A DNA stretch of 64,000 nucleotides from positions 16,405 through 80,404 of the IMG/VR virus record IMGVR_UViG_3300047567_000058; one strand, 5' to 3'. The DNA comes from a virus (lineage: Duplodnaviria > Heunggongvirae > Uroviricota > Caudoviricetes). The position numbers were made by a program, and so were the translations under genes. Positions within the stretch are counted from its first letter, which is position 1; the number at the start of each line of letters is the position of its first letter. The notes under the pieces are model-generated. The model did not search any database and had not been told where the DNA came from. It saw only the letters and a program-made list of their open reading frames with translations. Positions 56,907 through 64,000 of the stretch are shown one piece after another.

Positions 56907-58942
56907 TTACCGGCCTCCGCTTTTCTTGCCGCGATGATCGAGGCGACTTTCTTGATGTTGTCGTCGACGGACGGAAGGAACATGTACTTCTCTCCGAGGC
57001 GGCACCAGTTCTGGCTTTCGATCTCGTCTGACAGCGTCGGGCCCAAGTCGCTGGTCTCGGCGAAGCTTCCTTTGTCGTCGGACAGAATGTCGCTGTCGTC
57101 TTCGGATGTGTCATCCGAAGCGGCCGATTCATCCTCTCCTGGAACGGAAACGTCGTCGATCTGGCCGGCTCCGTCGTCTTTCTCGCTGAGCTTGAACAAG
57201 CCGCTGTATCCATACTTCTTCTTGAGATTGGACTTGATCGCGTCATCGACGAGGATGAACTTTCCGATCTCGGTGCTGGAATCAAGATTGAGCGTGCGAA
57301 GGATCGAAGGGTACAGAGATGAGAGGTCTTGGTCGCAGACGTTCTCGAACACGCGGTTCGATCTCTTGCCGCTTGGCATCATCATGCCAACAGGCTCATT
57401 GAGGTTAGGATCGGAGACGAGCGCGCCGTATTTGTCGGCGTGATTGATCTGGGCGGTGTATGCCGGATCGCTGTCCACGATAGGGGACACATCGCGATAG
57501 TCGGTGTCGTAGACCTTGCCATAATCGCCATAATCGGCATTCTTGTTGCCGCTCATGATGAATCCGTTCTCGATGGAATACTTGTTGATGAAGTTCGGCA
57601 GCGAGATGGACTTTGAGAATACCTTTTCCTTGCGGGTGTTGGTAATCTCGGAAAGCGTCTGAAGAAGATCGATATCGAGAGTCTTGTCTTCGATCATGAG
57701 AAGAAGCAAGGCGTCGTGCATGTTGTAGTTCGTGAATTTGCGGAAGTTCTTCCAAGGAAGATTCTTGACGGTTTCGCCTGGGGCGAACGGGAGCTTCTCT
57801 TTCTTCAACTCGAAGTTGGCGATCGCGTCTAGTCTATAGCTATCGCGTTTTCCTTCGCTGAAGTGAATGACCGCATAATAAAGCATCTGGTCTTCCCAGT
57901 TGATGCCATCAAGCACCATGAAGTTATCAAGCCGAGACCCGATCTTCTTGGTTTCGTTCTTTTGGTAGAAAGCCCGAGGAGAGATCCAGACATCGGTGAC
58001 TCCGTCGGCCGCTTTCTGATGCGCGTATTTTGAGTCACAGACCATCTCAAGCATCATTTGATCAGCAGTAACTCCTGCCGGGCGTTCGACTTTGCGATAA
58101 AGATATCTGAGCCGATTGATCAAAGTGATGATATCGAAGTTGCAGTTCCAGCCAAGGACGTAATCTGGATCTATTTCGTGGATTTTCTTGAAGAACGCCT
58201 CAATCGTATTGAGCTCTCCTTCGCACATTATGACGTTGACATCAAGCTTCAAATTGTCTTCTTTGAAAATTTGGTCCGCCATGTCTTTCTGAAATCCCTG
58301 CAGATCTCCAGCGAATTCCTCAAGAGATTTGTTAAGAGGATTATGATTGACAAACGTGTAGATCTTTTTGAATTTGCCATCAATAAGGGTGATGACGTTG
58401 ACCGGGCATGGCGCGACGTCTTCGTCTGGGAAACCTGAGAATCCGTTATCGCGGAATCCGTTCGGCATGAGATCTACCTCGATATCGAAATAGCATTTGT
58501 GAAGTTTATAGTTTGGATCTGGATCATACTCATTTTGGAACTTGGCGATGTATCTGTCGCTGAGATCCATATCCGCTCCATAGATCCACGGATGCTTGAA
58601 GATGTTGTGCATGTCATAAGAGTAGATGCCTTTGGTGGTGGCTACCGCTTCATAGAAACCGAGCGCGTTGGTTTTCGAAGCGATGTCTCTTAGAAGAAGA
58701 TCGCTGTAAACCTTAACTTCCTGGACCTTATAGTTCTCGATGTACATCGGAGGCTTGATCGCCTCTGGGGATTCCTTGTCCTTGATGATGTAATACGATA
58801 CCTCTGGCCGGTCATAAAACAACGTCTTCTTGACGCCGTTCTCATCCCGATAGATCAAAAGAATCGTGTCATATTCGGCTCCAGACGAAGACTTTCGTCT
58901 GCCTTTAAACGACTTGATCAGAGTGCCTATCTTCTTGCCCAT
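56903..58942 (-). CDS. family-B DNA polymerase, N-terminal part: 3'-5' exonuclease domain plus polymerase motif A; ends in an acidic tail before motifs B and C
   Basis: Exo I KCYFDIEVD. Exo II YVLGWNCNFDIITLINRL. Exo III YNMHDALLL. Motif A DLSSLYPSIL. No KxxxNSxYG or YGDTDS downstream. Confidence 0.75.
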   Translation of the reverse strand: MGKKIGTLIKSFKGRRKSSSGAEYDTILLIYRDENGVKKTLFYDRPEVSYYIIKDKESPEAIKPPMYIENYKVQEVKVYSDLLLRDIASKTNALGFYEAVATTKGIYSYDMHNIFKHPWIYGADMDLSDRYIAKFQNEYDPDPNYKLHKCYFDIEVDLMPNGFRDNGFSGFPDEDVAPCPVNVITLIDGKFKKIYTFVNHNPLNKSLEEFAGDLQGFQKDMADQIFKEDNLKLDVNVIMCEGELNTIEAFFKKIHEIDPDYVLGWNCNFDIITLINRLRYLYRKVERPAGVTADQMMLEMVCDSKYAHQKAADGVTDVWISPRAFYQKNETKKIGSRLDNFMVLDGINWEDQMLYYAVIHFSEGKRDSYRLDAIANFELKKEKLPFAPGETVKNLPWKNFRKFTNYNMHDALLLLMIEDKTLDIDLLQTLSEITNTRKEKVFSKSISLPNFINKYSIENGFIMSGNKNADYGDYGKVYDTDYRDVSPIVDSDPAYTAQINHADKYGALVSDPNLNEPVGMMMPSGKRSNRVFENVCDQDLSSLYPSILRTLNLDSSTEIGKFILVDDAIKSNLKKKYGYSGLFKLSEKDDGAGQIDDVSVPGEDESAASDDTSEDDSDILSDDKGSFAETSDLGPTLSDEIESQNWCRLGEKYMFLPSVDDNIKKVASIIAARKAEAGK

Positions 58943-59005
58943 ACGATCTCCTTCTTTACGGATACAATTCTACGTGAAGCTTTCCCGGTTGTCAATGCCG
59001 CGCTT

Positions 59006-59047
59006 GGAAAAAATAAAAAAAAGCGGCGTCTCAGAACGGAACGTCGC
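59006..59047 (-). terminator. AT-rich element plus hairpin (agcggcgtctc...gaacgtcgct) terminator
   Basis: GGAAAAAATAAAAAAAA followed by an imperfect stem of about 8 bp. Confidence 0.5.
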
Positions 59048-60092
59048 TTTCGGATGATTGCTTTTCCTCAGGGGCATCGGCCTTTGCTTCGGCCGGAGCC
59101 TCCTGGGCCGGATGCATTCTGATCAATCTGTTCTCATCCTGTCCGAGCATCTTGATCGGGCTCGTCGACTCACCGTACGAAACGGTTTGCGCCATAGCCG
59201 TGACGCAAGCGTCTTCGGTGGCATCGATGTCGTCTGATTTGTAGACGATCACAGCTTCCATCGTAGCCGGGACGGCCGCCGCGCCTTTCTCTCTCGTGCC
59301 GTGATGCGACGCGATGATATGGGCTAGCTGCCTGATGGTAAGGTCATCGAACGAAAGGCCAAGCTTGTTGGCTTCGTCTTCAAGCATCATCTCGCCGATG
59401 ACGGTATGCCCAAGAAGGGTTCCGTACTCATCGACGTACGTGCCGTCTTGCTGATATTCCTTCAGCTTTCCGATGTCGTGGATAAGCGCCCCGGTGATGA
59501 GGATGCTCTTGTCGATATTCTGATAGTTGTAGTTGGCGGAGATCTTCATGGCAGTCATGCAGACGCCGAGGGAGTGATACGCCAATCCTCCGATAGCTGC
59601 GTGATGGTTGCGCTTTGCCGCCGGCCATGCCCAGAAATCCTTGCTGCTGAAAATAAGGTCATTTAGAATGGCCAGGCAAGTGGGATCCGTGACGTTTTTG
59701 TCGACGATTTCCTTGACGAATTTCATCGTGACGTCTCCTTGCGGATATGCTGGCTTGGCTTTGCGCTTAGACGCGACTCCGGAGTCTTTGGCTTTGGCGC
59801 CTTTGATTTCGGGGTAGTTGTTGTATGACGCCGGAATGCCGGTGACGACGAACACGTTGGAGCTGTTCTCGGAAGCCTTGATGAGCGCGATGGTATCGGC
59901 GTCCCAGCTGGATACGCTGATGTCATCTCCGGTGGCTTCGAGCTTGATGATGAAATGCATCGGATGGTTGTCGTTGTTGTCTTTTGGGACAGAGACGACC
60001 CTTGAGATTGAGCCTTCGATCTGAACGGAGGATTTCTCTCCTGCGTTGATCGCGGCTTGAAGCTCCTTTGCCGATGCGATGATTTTGTCCAT
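59031..60092 (-). CDS. OB-fold plus HD-domain phosphohydrolase (YhaM-like 3'-5' exonuclease family)
   Basis: HD motifs HHAAIGGLAYHS, LITGALIHDIGK, HIIASHHG. N-terminal OB-like region. Confidence 0.6.
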   Translation of the reverse strand: MDKIIASAKELQAAINAGEKSSVQIEGSISRVVSVPKDNNDNHPMHFIIKLEATGDDISVSSWDADTIALIKASENSSNVFVVTGIPASYNNYPEIKGAKAKDSGVASKRKAKPAYPQGDVTMKFVKEIVDKNVTDPTCLAILNDLIFSSKDFWAWPAAKRNHHAAIGGLAYHSLGVCMTAMKISANYNYQNIDKSILITGALIHDIGKLKEYQQDGTYVDEYGTLLGHTVIGEMMLEDEANKLGLSFDDLTIRQLAHIIASHHGTREKGAAAVPATMEAVIVYKSDDIDATEDACVTAMAQTVSYGESTSPIKMLGQDENRLIRMHPAQEAPAEAKADAPEEKQSSESDVPF

Positions 60093-60145
60093 ATTATTGT
60101 CCTTTCTAAAAATTAGCCTGGGCCATCTCTGGCTCAGGCTTGATA

Positions 60146-60607
60146 TTACTTCTTATCGAGGCGCTTGTCAATCGCGGCGTCGGCTGTTTCTCCATTGGCG
60201 GCTTGAGGGACGATCCCGTTTGGCCCTATGGAGTTCATGACGGCGTTTGCCGAATTAAGATCAGCGACCTGAGCCTTGTAAAGGTTCCTTGCGATGGAAA
60301 TGAGCGCGGACTCGTTGTCTCCTCCGCCTGTGACGGTGGCTTTGACTGCGTAGTCCATGACGGTCTTATGGATCTCGAACCGATCCTCAAGCAACGTCGC
60401 CTTCATCGTTTCCAATGCGATGGCGTTCTTGTAATGGTCGGTGAGATAATGCTCGCCTCCTCTTGATCCGGCGCCTTGCATCAAACCGATTCGTCCATCG
60501 ATGCCCTTCTTGTAGAGCTCGATATCGGAAATGGTCGAGTTTATGGCGTCTAAATCGTCTTTGAAGTAATCTTCGAATTGCTTAGTTTCTGGTGTTGGTG
60601 CAGCCAT
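60146..60607 (-). CDS. hypothetical protein (153 aa)
   Basis: ATG at M8 of the track ORF with RBS ggaggg. Confidence 0.45.
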   Translation of the reverse strand: MAAPTPETKQFEDYFKDDLDAINSTISDIELYKKGIDGRIGLMQGAGSRGGEHYLTDHYKNAIALETMKATLLEDRFEIHKTVMDYAVKATVTGGGDNESALISIARNLYKAQVADLNSANAVMNSIGPNGIVPQAANGETADAAIDKRLDKK

Positions 60608-60657
60608 TGGACACGTCCCTCCGATCAATAATACGTTGTTCGGAGGGGCGTTTTTGG

Positions 60658-63003
60658 CTAGATTGACAGATTGAGGGATATTGACGCGTCCATATACTCG
60701 AGATTATGCTTGAACTCAACCGCTTCCGGAGATGATTGATCTGAGAAGTAGTATTTGAAAAGCCCTTCGAAATATGTCTGCGAGAACTGATTTCGCAAAG
60801 CCGGAGTAAAGGAGACCTCTCCGCGATAATATTCGTTAGCAGAAGCTCGCTTAACGGAATTAGCGATAGCCGCTGTTTGGCGATAAGTAACGGCGGAGTC
60901 GTTGTTGATGTTGGCGACGATGATTCCGAGCGCGGTCATTAATGGGAGATCAGGATCGCCATCGATCTGGCTGAATGCCGTGTCGTAATGCGGATTTGAG
61001 ATATCGCTCTTCAGTTGATCGCTGATAGTCCTGGCTGCTTGCTCGAATGCAGCGCGTCCACTATAGACGCAACCAGGAAGAGCCCCGGATACGAATAGCA
61101 CCATTGGAAGATAGGTCTTCTGGGCGGCGGCCATTTCCAGCAATTTGTTAGAAGCGGCCTTTCCGCACATGGCGACAAGCCTAGTGATAGGCTGAATGTG
61201 ATAATAATCGAAGCGTTGACCGTTTATGGACGATTCTTCGATCTTCGAATAGATGATGTCGTAATACTGATCGGAGATTATCCCGCTGTCGTAGCATGAC
61301 CCGACTATGGCCGCCAGAGATTCTCTGTCGGCGTCGGTCATGTCGAGATTGGAGATGTCATAGACGCTTGCTCTAGGATCATCGTCGTTTGGAGTTACGC
61401 ATTTATTGATGAACACGTCATAGAAATCGTTCATTATGACATTTGCGGCATTGAGATGCTTTCCGTTAAGCTGCCAATTAGACGCAAAGACGCCGAATCC
61501 TCGTATCATCGCGTCGAATATCATTCGGCACGACGCTTTCTTGTTGGCGTTTGGACTGAATTTGGCGAACCGCTTCACGACTGACATGAAAGATGCCGAT
61601 GATCTGTCGCTGTTTCCAGGGTCGTAAGGAAGGGCTCCTTTGTCTGTGGCGAACATATTCCATAGACCAGGATATTGGATCATCTCCTCAGGATCTGTGC
61701 ACGATATCGTTCCGATGATGTATTCATGGGCCAAAGAAGCCTTCATGATATATGTCGGATCTCCTTCGCATGCGCTGTAGTCTATCGCGATGGCTGAGAT
61801 TAGTTTGTTGTTATTATTGCTCGGGCATACGACATAGCTGGCTCTGGCGTTGAATTTTGACATGGCGGATTCAAGGCTGCGATAGCCTTTTACCGATGAG
61901 AAGAAGTCATTGGCGCCAGGCATGCCTTTGTAGTGTTTAGCCCGGGTTGCCTTGGAGATGTTCTCTTCGGTGCTGACTCCGGAAGCCTTCGAGTATTTGT
62001 AAACCGTGTTGATGGCGGCTTCAAGCTTAGGAACGAGAATCTGCTCTCGGACGTTGAGAACTTCTGACGCAAGTCTGCCTTTCGTCAGAGTAGGATGCTC
62101 GCACTTGGCGATGATGTCCGCAAGCGCCGAAACCTGAGAAAAATCTGTGAATTTGAGATCGAATATCTCCGCATATACCGGTATGGCTTTCTTTACGCAT
62201 GCCTTCGGATCTGACGACACGAATGCCATTTTGCTGGCGTCGTCGATGTTGGGATTGACTAAAATCAGCTCGCGGTTGATGCGGATCTTATTGGCGGCGT
62301 TGACGGAGACGACGTCATAGGTCATCCCAGCCGGGCATTGGAACAGCCCTATTCCATCCGGGTCTTCTTTGAACGAAGCCTTGAGGATTCCTTCGGACTT
62401 ATTCACGAATTTGATGATTCGGCTGATATCGGTGTCGTACATGATCTCGCAATCAAGATAGTATTGGAATAGGTTGCACGGCGAAAACGGGATCCCTGCG
62501 AAAGACGCATCGGAGTCCATTAGATTTCCGCTTGAAACGAAAAACGAATCTGGCGCTTTGAGAAGAAGCGTGACGACGTCGCCTATCCTAGAAGTCTCGA
62601 ATTTGAAGATCTTGTTAAGCATCTGAAATACGTTTGACGCGTTATCGCCGAACCAGGAATATTTGTTTTCCCTGACGATGCTTGAAAGGATCACTTTTGC
62701 GATGTCTACGCTGAGCTTCGAATCGACGTCGACATAGCAGTTTCTGTACAATCCAAGCATGCCGCTGATGAAGTTTATCTTAGTAGGATTGGTGTAGTTA
62801 TACGAATCGTATGTTCTTAGGTTAGTGATACCTTCGACGATTTTCTGAGTTTCCGGATCAACCAGAACGCTGAGAGGCAATCCGGCTAATATGCAGAACA
62901 GCGCTTGGCCGTATACGACGCCTTCTCTTGTTGAAAGGCTTACAGTCGCAAGCTCGCGAAGATTATCTATGGCTTTCTCTCGGTCGAATGGTTTGTCATA
63001 CAT
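60658..63003 (-). CDS. large hypothetical protein (781 aa)
   Basis: ORF track; uninterrupted; no recognisable motif. Confidence 0.5.
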   Translation of the reverse strand: MYDKPFDREKAIDNLRELATVSLSTREGVVYGQALFCILAGLPLSVLVDPETQKIVEGITNLRTYDSYNYTNPTKINFISGMLGLYRNCYVDVDSKLSVDIAKVILSSIVRENKYSWFGDNASNVFQMLNKIFKFETSRIGDVVTLLLKAPDSFFVSSGNLMDSDASFAGIPFSPCNLFQYYLDCEIMYDTDISRIIKFVNKSEGILKASFKEDPDGIGLFQCPAGMTYDVVSVNAANKIRINRELILVNPNIDDASKMAFVSSDPKACVKKAIPVYAEIFDLKFTDFSQVSALADIIAKCEHPTLTKGRLASEVLNVREQILVPKLEAAINTVYKYSKASGVSTEENISKATRAKHYKGMPGANDFFSSVKGYRSLESAMSKFNARASYVVCPSNNNNKLISAIAIDYSACEGDPTYIMKASLAHEYIIGTISCTDPEEMIQYPGLWNMFATDKGALPYDPGNSDRSSASFMSVVKRFAKFSPNANKKASCRMIFDAMIRGFGVFASNWQLNGKHLNAANVIMNDFYDVFINKCVTPNDDDPRASVYDISNLDMTDADRESLAAIVGSCYDSGIISDQYYDIIYSKIEESSINGQRFDYYHIQPITRLVAMCGKAASNKLLEMAAAQKTYLPMVLFVSGALPGCVYSGRAAFEQAARTISDQLKSDISNPHYDTAFSQIDGDPDLPLMTALGIIVANINNDSAVTYRQTAAIANSVKRASANEYYRGEVSFTPALRNQFSQTYFEGLFKYYFSDQSSPEAVEFKHNLEYMDASISLNLSI

Positions 63004-63028
63004 AATGTGTTGTGTTTCTTTCCTTGAA

Positions 63029-63083
63029 GGAAAATAAAAAATAATCCCCTGAGGGAATGCCTTTCGGCATCCTCTCAGAGGGT
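63029..63083 (-). terminator. AT-rich element plus a long imperfect hairpin overlapping the sbcC-like stop codon
   Basis: GGAAAATAAAAAATAAT followed by cccctgagggaatgcc-tttc-ggcatcctctcagaggg. Confidence 0.5.
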
Positions 63084-64000
63084 TTCTGAATCGAACACGA
63101 TTCTCTTATTGGCGAAGAACTCGCTGTCTCGGTCGACATGGGACCCAGGAAGCAGGATCATGTCCATGCTCTCCGAATCGAACGCGTCGTTATGCGAGAT
63201 GACGAACACCTGCTCGATGCTCATCTTTGAGATCTGCGATTTGAGGATCGAGATGAATGACCTTCGGTTCTCTGAATCCAGAGGGCCGTCGATCTCATCC
63301 AGGCATACGGAATTAAACCGCCCAAGGCTCTGCTCGATTAGGGCAAGGCTGATGGACACGGTGGTCATGGCGATCTCGCCTTGCGATGCCAAGGTGATGT
63401 CGTCTTTCATGTTGGTTCCGGTCTGGACTTTGATGAAGAAGTCTTTGTCGGTCGGAGCGAAGATGATCTTGAACTTGCCGTTGTATGCCAGATCGAGCAA
63501 TTCGTTGGCGATCTTCTCGGTTTGCCCGAGATACGCTTGGACGAACAGCAATGGGATGCCTTTGCGCGGATCGAGCGATTCGCGGATGGCCTTCTGATCG
63601 GCATAGACGGTTTTTACCGACGCGAGCTCTTTGTCGAGCGCGTCGATGTTCGTGATCGCGGCTTCGGCGTTTCGCATGCTTTCCTGAAGCCGCGTTTTGG
63701 TGCCATTGGCATTGCTGAGCCCGGCGTTTACCGTGACCAGTTCAGCGTCATTGGCGGTCTTCATCGACAGCTTGTTGTTGTAATCATCGACGATAGCCTT
63801 AAGCTTAGTCGCTTCAGCATTCAATCCGTTGGACTCAGTCTTGCTCTTGATGTATTCCTCGGTTTCCTTGAGGGCAGCCTCTTGGGATGCCTTTTGCTTA
63901 TCGAGGCTCAGGATGGCTTCTACGGCGGCGGCGAGCTTTTTGTTCTCGGCGGCTTCCATATCGGTCTTCGTCGATGCTTCGGAATTGAAATATTGCCGGT
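63075..64000 (-). CDS. sbcC: SbcC/Rad50-like ATPase, C-terminal part (gene continues beyond the window end)
   Basis: ABC signature QGEIAMTTVSISLALIEQSL, Walker B CLDEIDGPLD, D-loop; long coiled coil upstream. Confidence 0.65.
   Translation of the reverse strand, partial: RQYFNSEASTKTDMEAAENKKLAAAVEAILSLDKQKASQEAALKETEEYIKSKTESNGLNAEATKLKAIVDDYNNKLSMKTANDAELVTVNAGLSNANGTKTRLQESMRNAEAAITNIDALDKELASVKTVYADQKAIRESLDPRKGIPLLFVQAYLGQTEKIANELLDLAYNGKFKIIFAPTDKDFFIKVQTGTNMKDDITLASQGEIAMTTVSISLALIEQSLGRFNSVCLDEIDGPLDSENRRSFISILKSQISKMSIEQVFVISHNDAFDSESMDMILLPGSHVDRDSEFFANKRIVFDSETL

Noticed and set aside
1-64000. CRISPR array, rRNA genes, integrase/attachment sites
   Set aside because: No regularly spaced direct repeats, no rRNA-like conserved stretches and no tyrosine or serine recombinase motifs were seen in any long ORF.

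Overview
This 64-kb window looks like part of a large tailed dsDNA phage genome (about 50% GC) in a host with Shine-Dalgarno ribosome-binding sites and sigma70-type promoters. Genes are densely packed: mostly plus-strand before about 14.8 kb and minus-strand after. Coordinates of features that are not ORFs were mapped by hand and may be off by 1-3 nt.

Recognisable genes:
- Nucleotide metabolism: an anaerobic class III ribonucleotide reductase (nrdD) of about 5.8 kb that carries an ATP cone, four inteins and a C-terminal glutaredoxin-like domain.
- Replication and repair: the N-terminal exonuclease domain and motif A of a family-B DNA polymerase (apparently split or truncated), RecJ-like, FEN/RNase H-like, RNase H1, topoisomerase I, an OB-fold/HD nuclease, an SbcC-like ATPase (partial) and a metallophosphoesterase.
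- Transcription: a divergent homologue of the beta subunit of multisubunit RNA polymerase, followed by GIY-YIG and DUF559-type homing-endonuclease genes.
- Auxiliary genes: a P-type cation ATPase, a membrane-anchored Mrr-like nuclease, ClpP plus a two-AAA Clp ATPase, a MoxR-type AAA plus vWA pair (CobS/CobT-like), an SPFH protein plus a lipoprotein, a small heat-shock protein, and a vWA protein with Ro60/Rsr-like architecture.

Non-coding signal:
1. An AT-rich element (consensus GGAAAAT-A(n)-ATTTTCC) recurs about 35 times. About 13 copies sit in intrinsic terminators (hairpin, T-run, then ATTTTCC). About 18 copies are read in-frame inside ORFs or sit just upstream of start codons.
2. The Rsr-like gene is flanked by two paralogous about 60-nt stem-loop elements that covary, by 19-bp direct repeats and by a candidate small RNA.
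3. A perfect sigma70 promoter drives a roughly 250-nt leader that ends in a terminator.
4. A roughly 2.4-kb stretch is poor in ORFs and contains long hairpins.
5. Three tandem small genes share a conserved hairpin just upstream of their ribosome-binding sites.

nrdD, the RNA polymerase beta-like gene and two other genes are broken by single-base homopolymer indels. About 25 kb of other long ORFs are intact. Sequencing error, pseudogenes or slippage are all possible.
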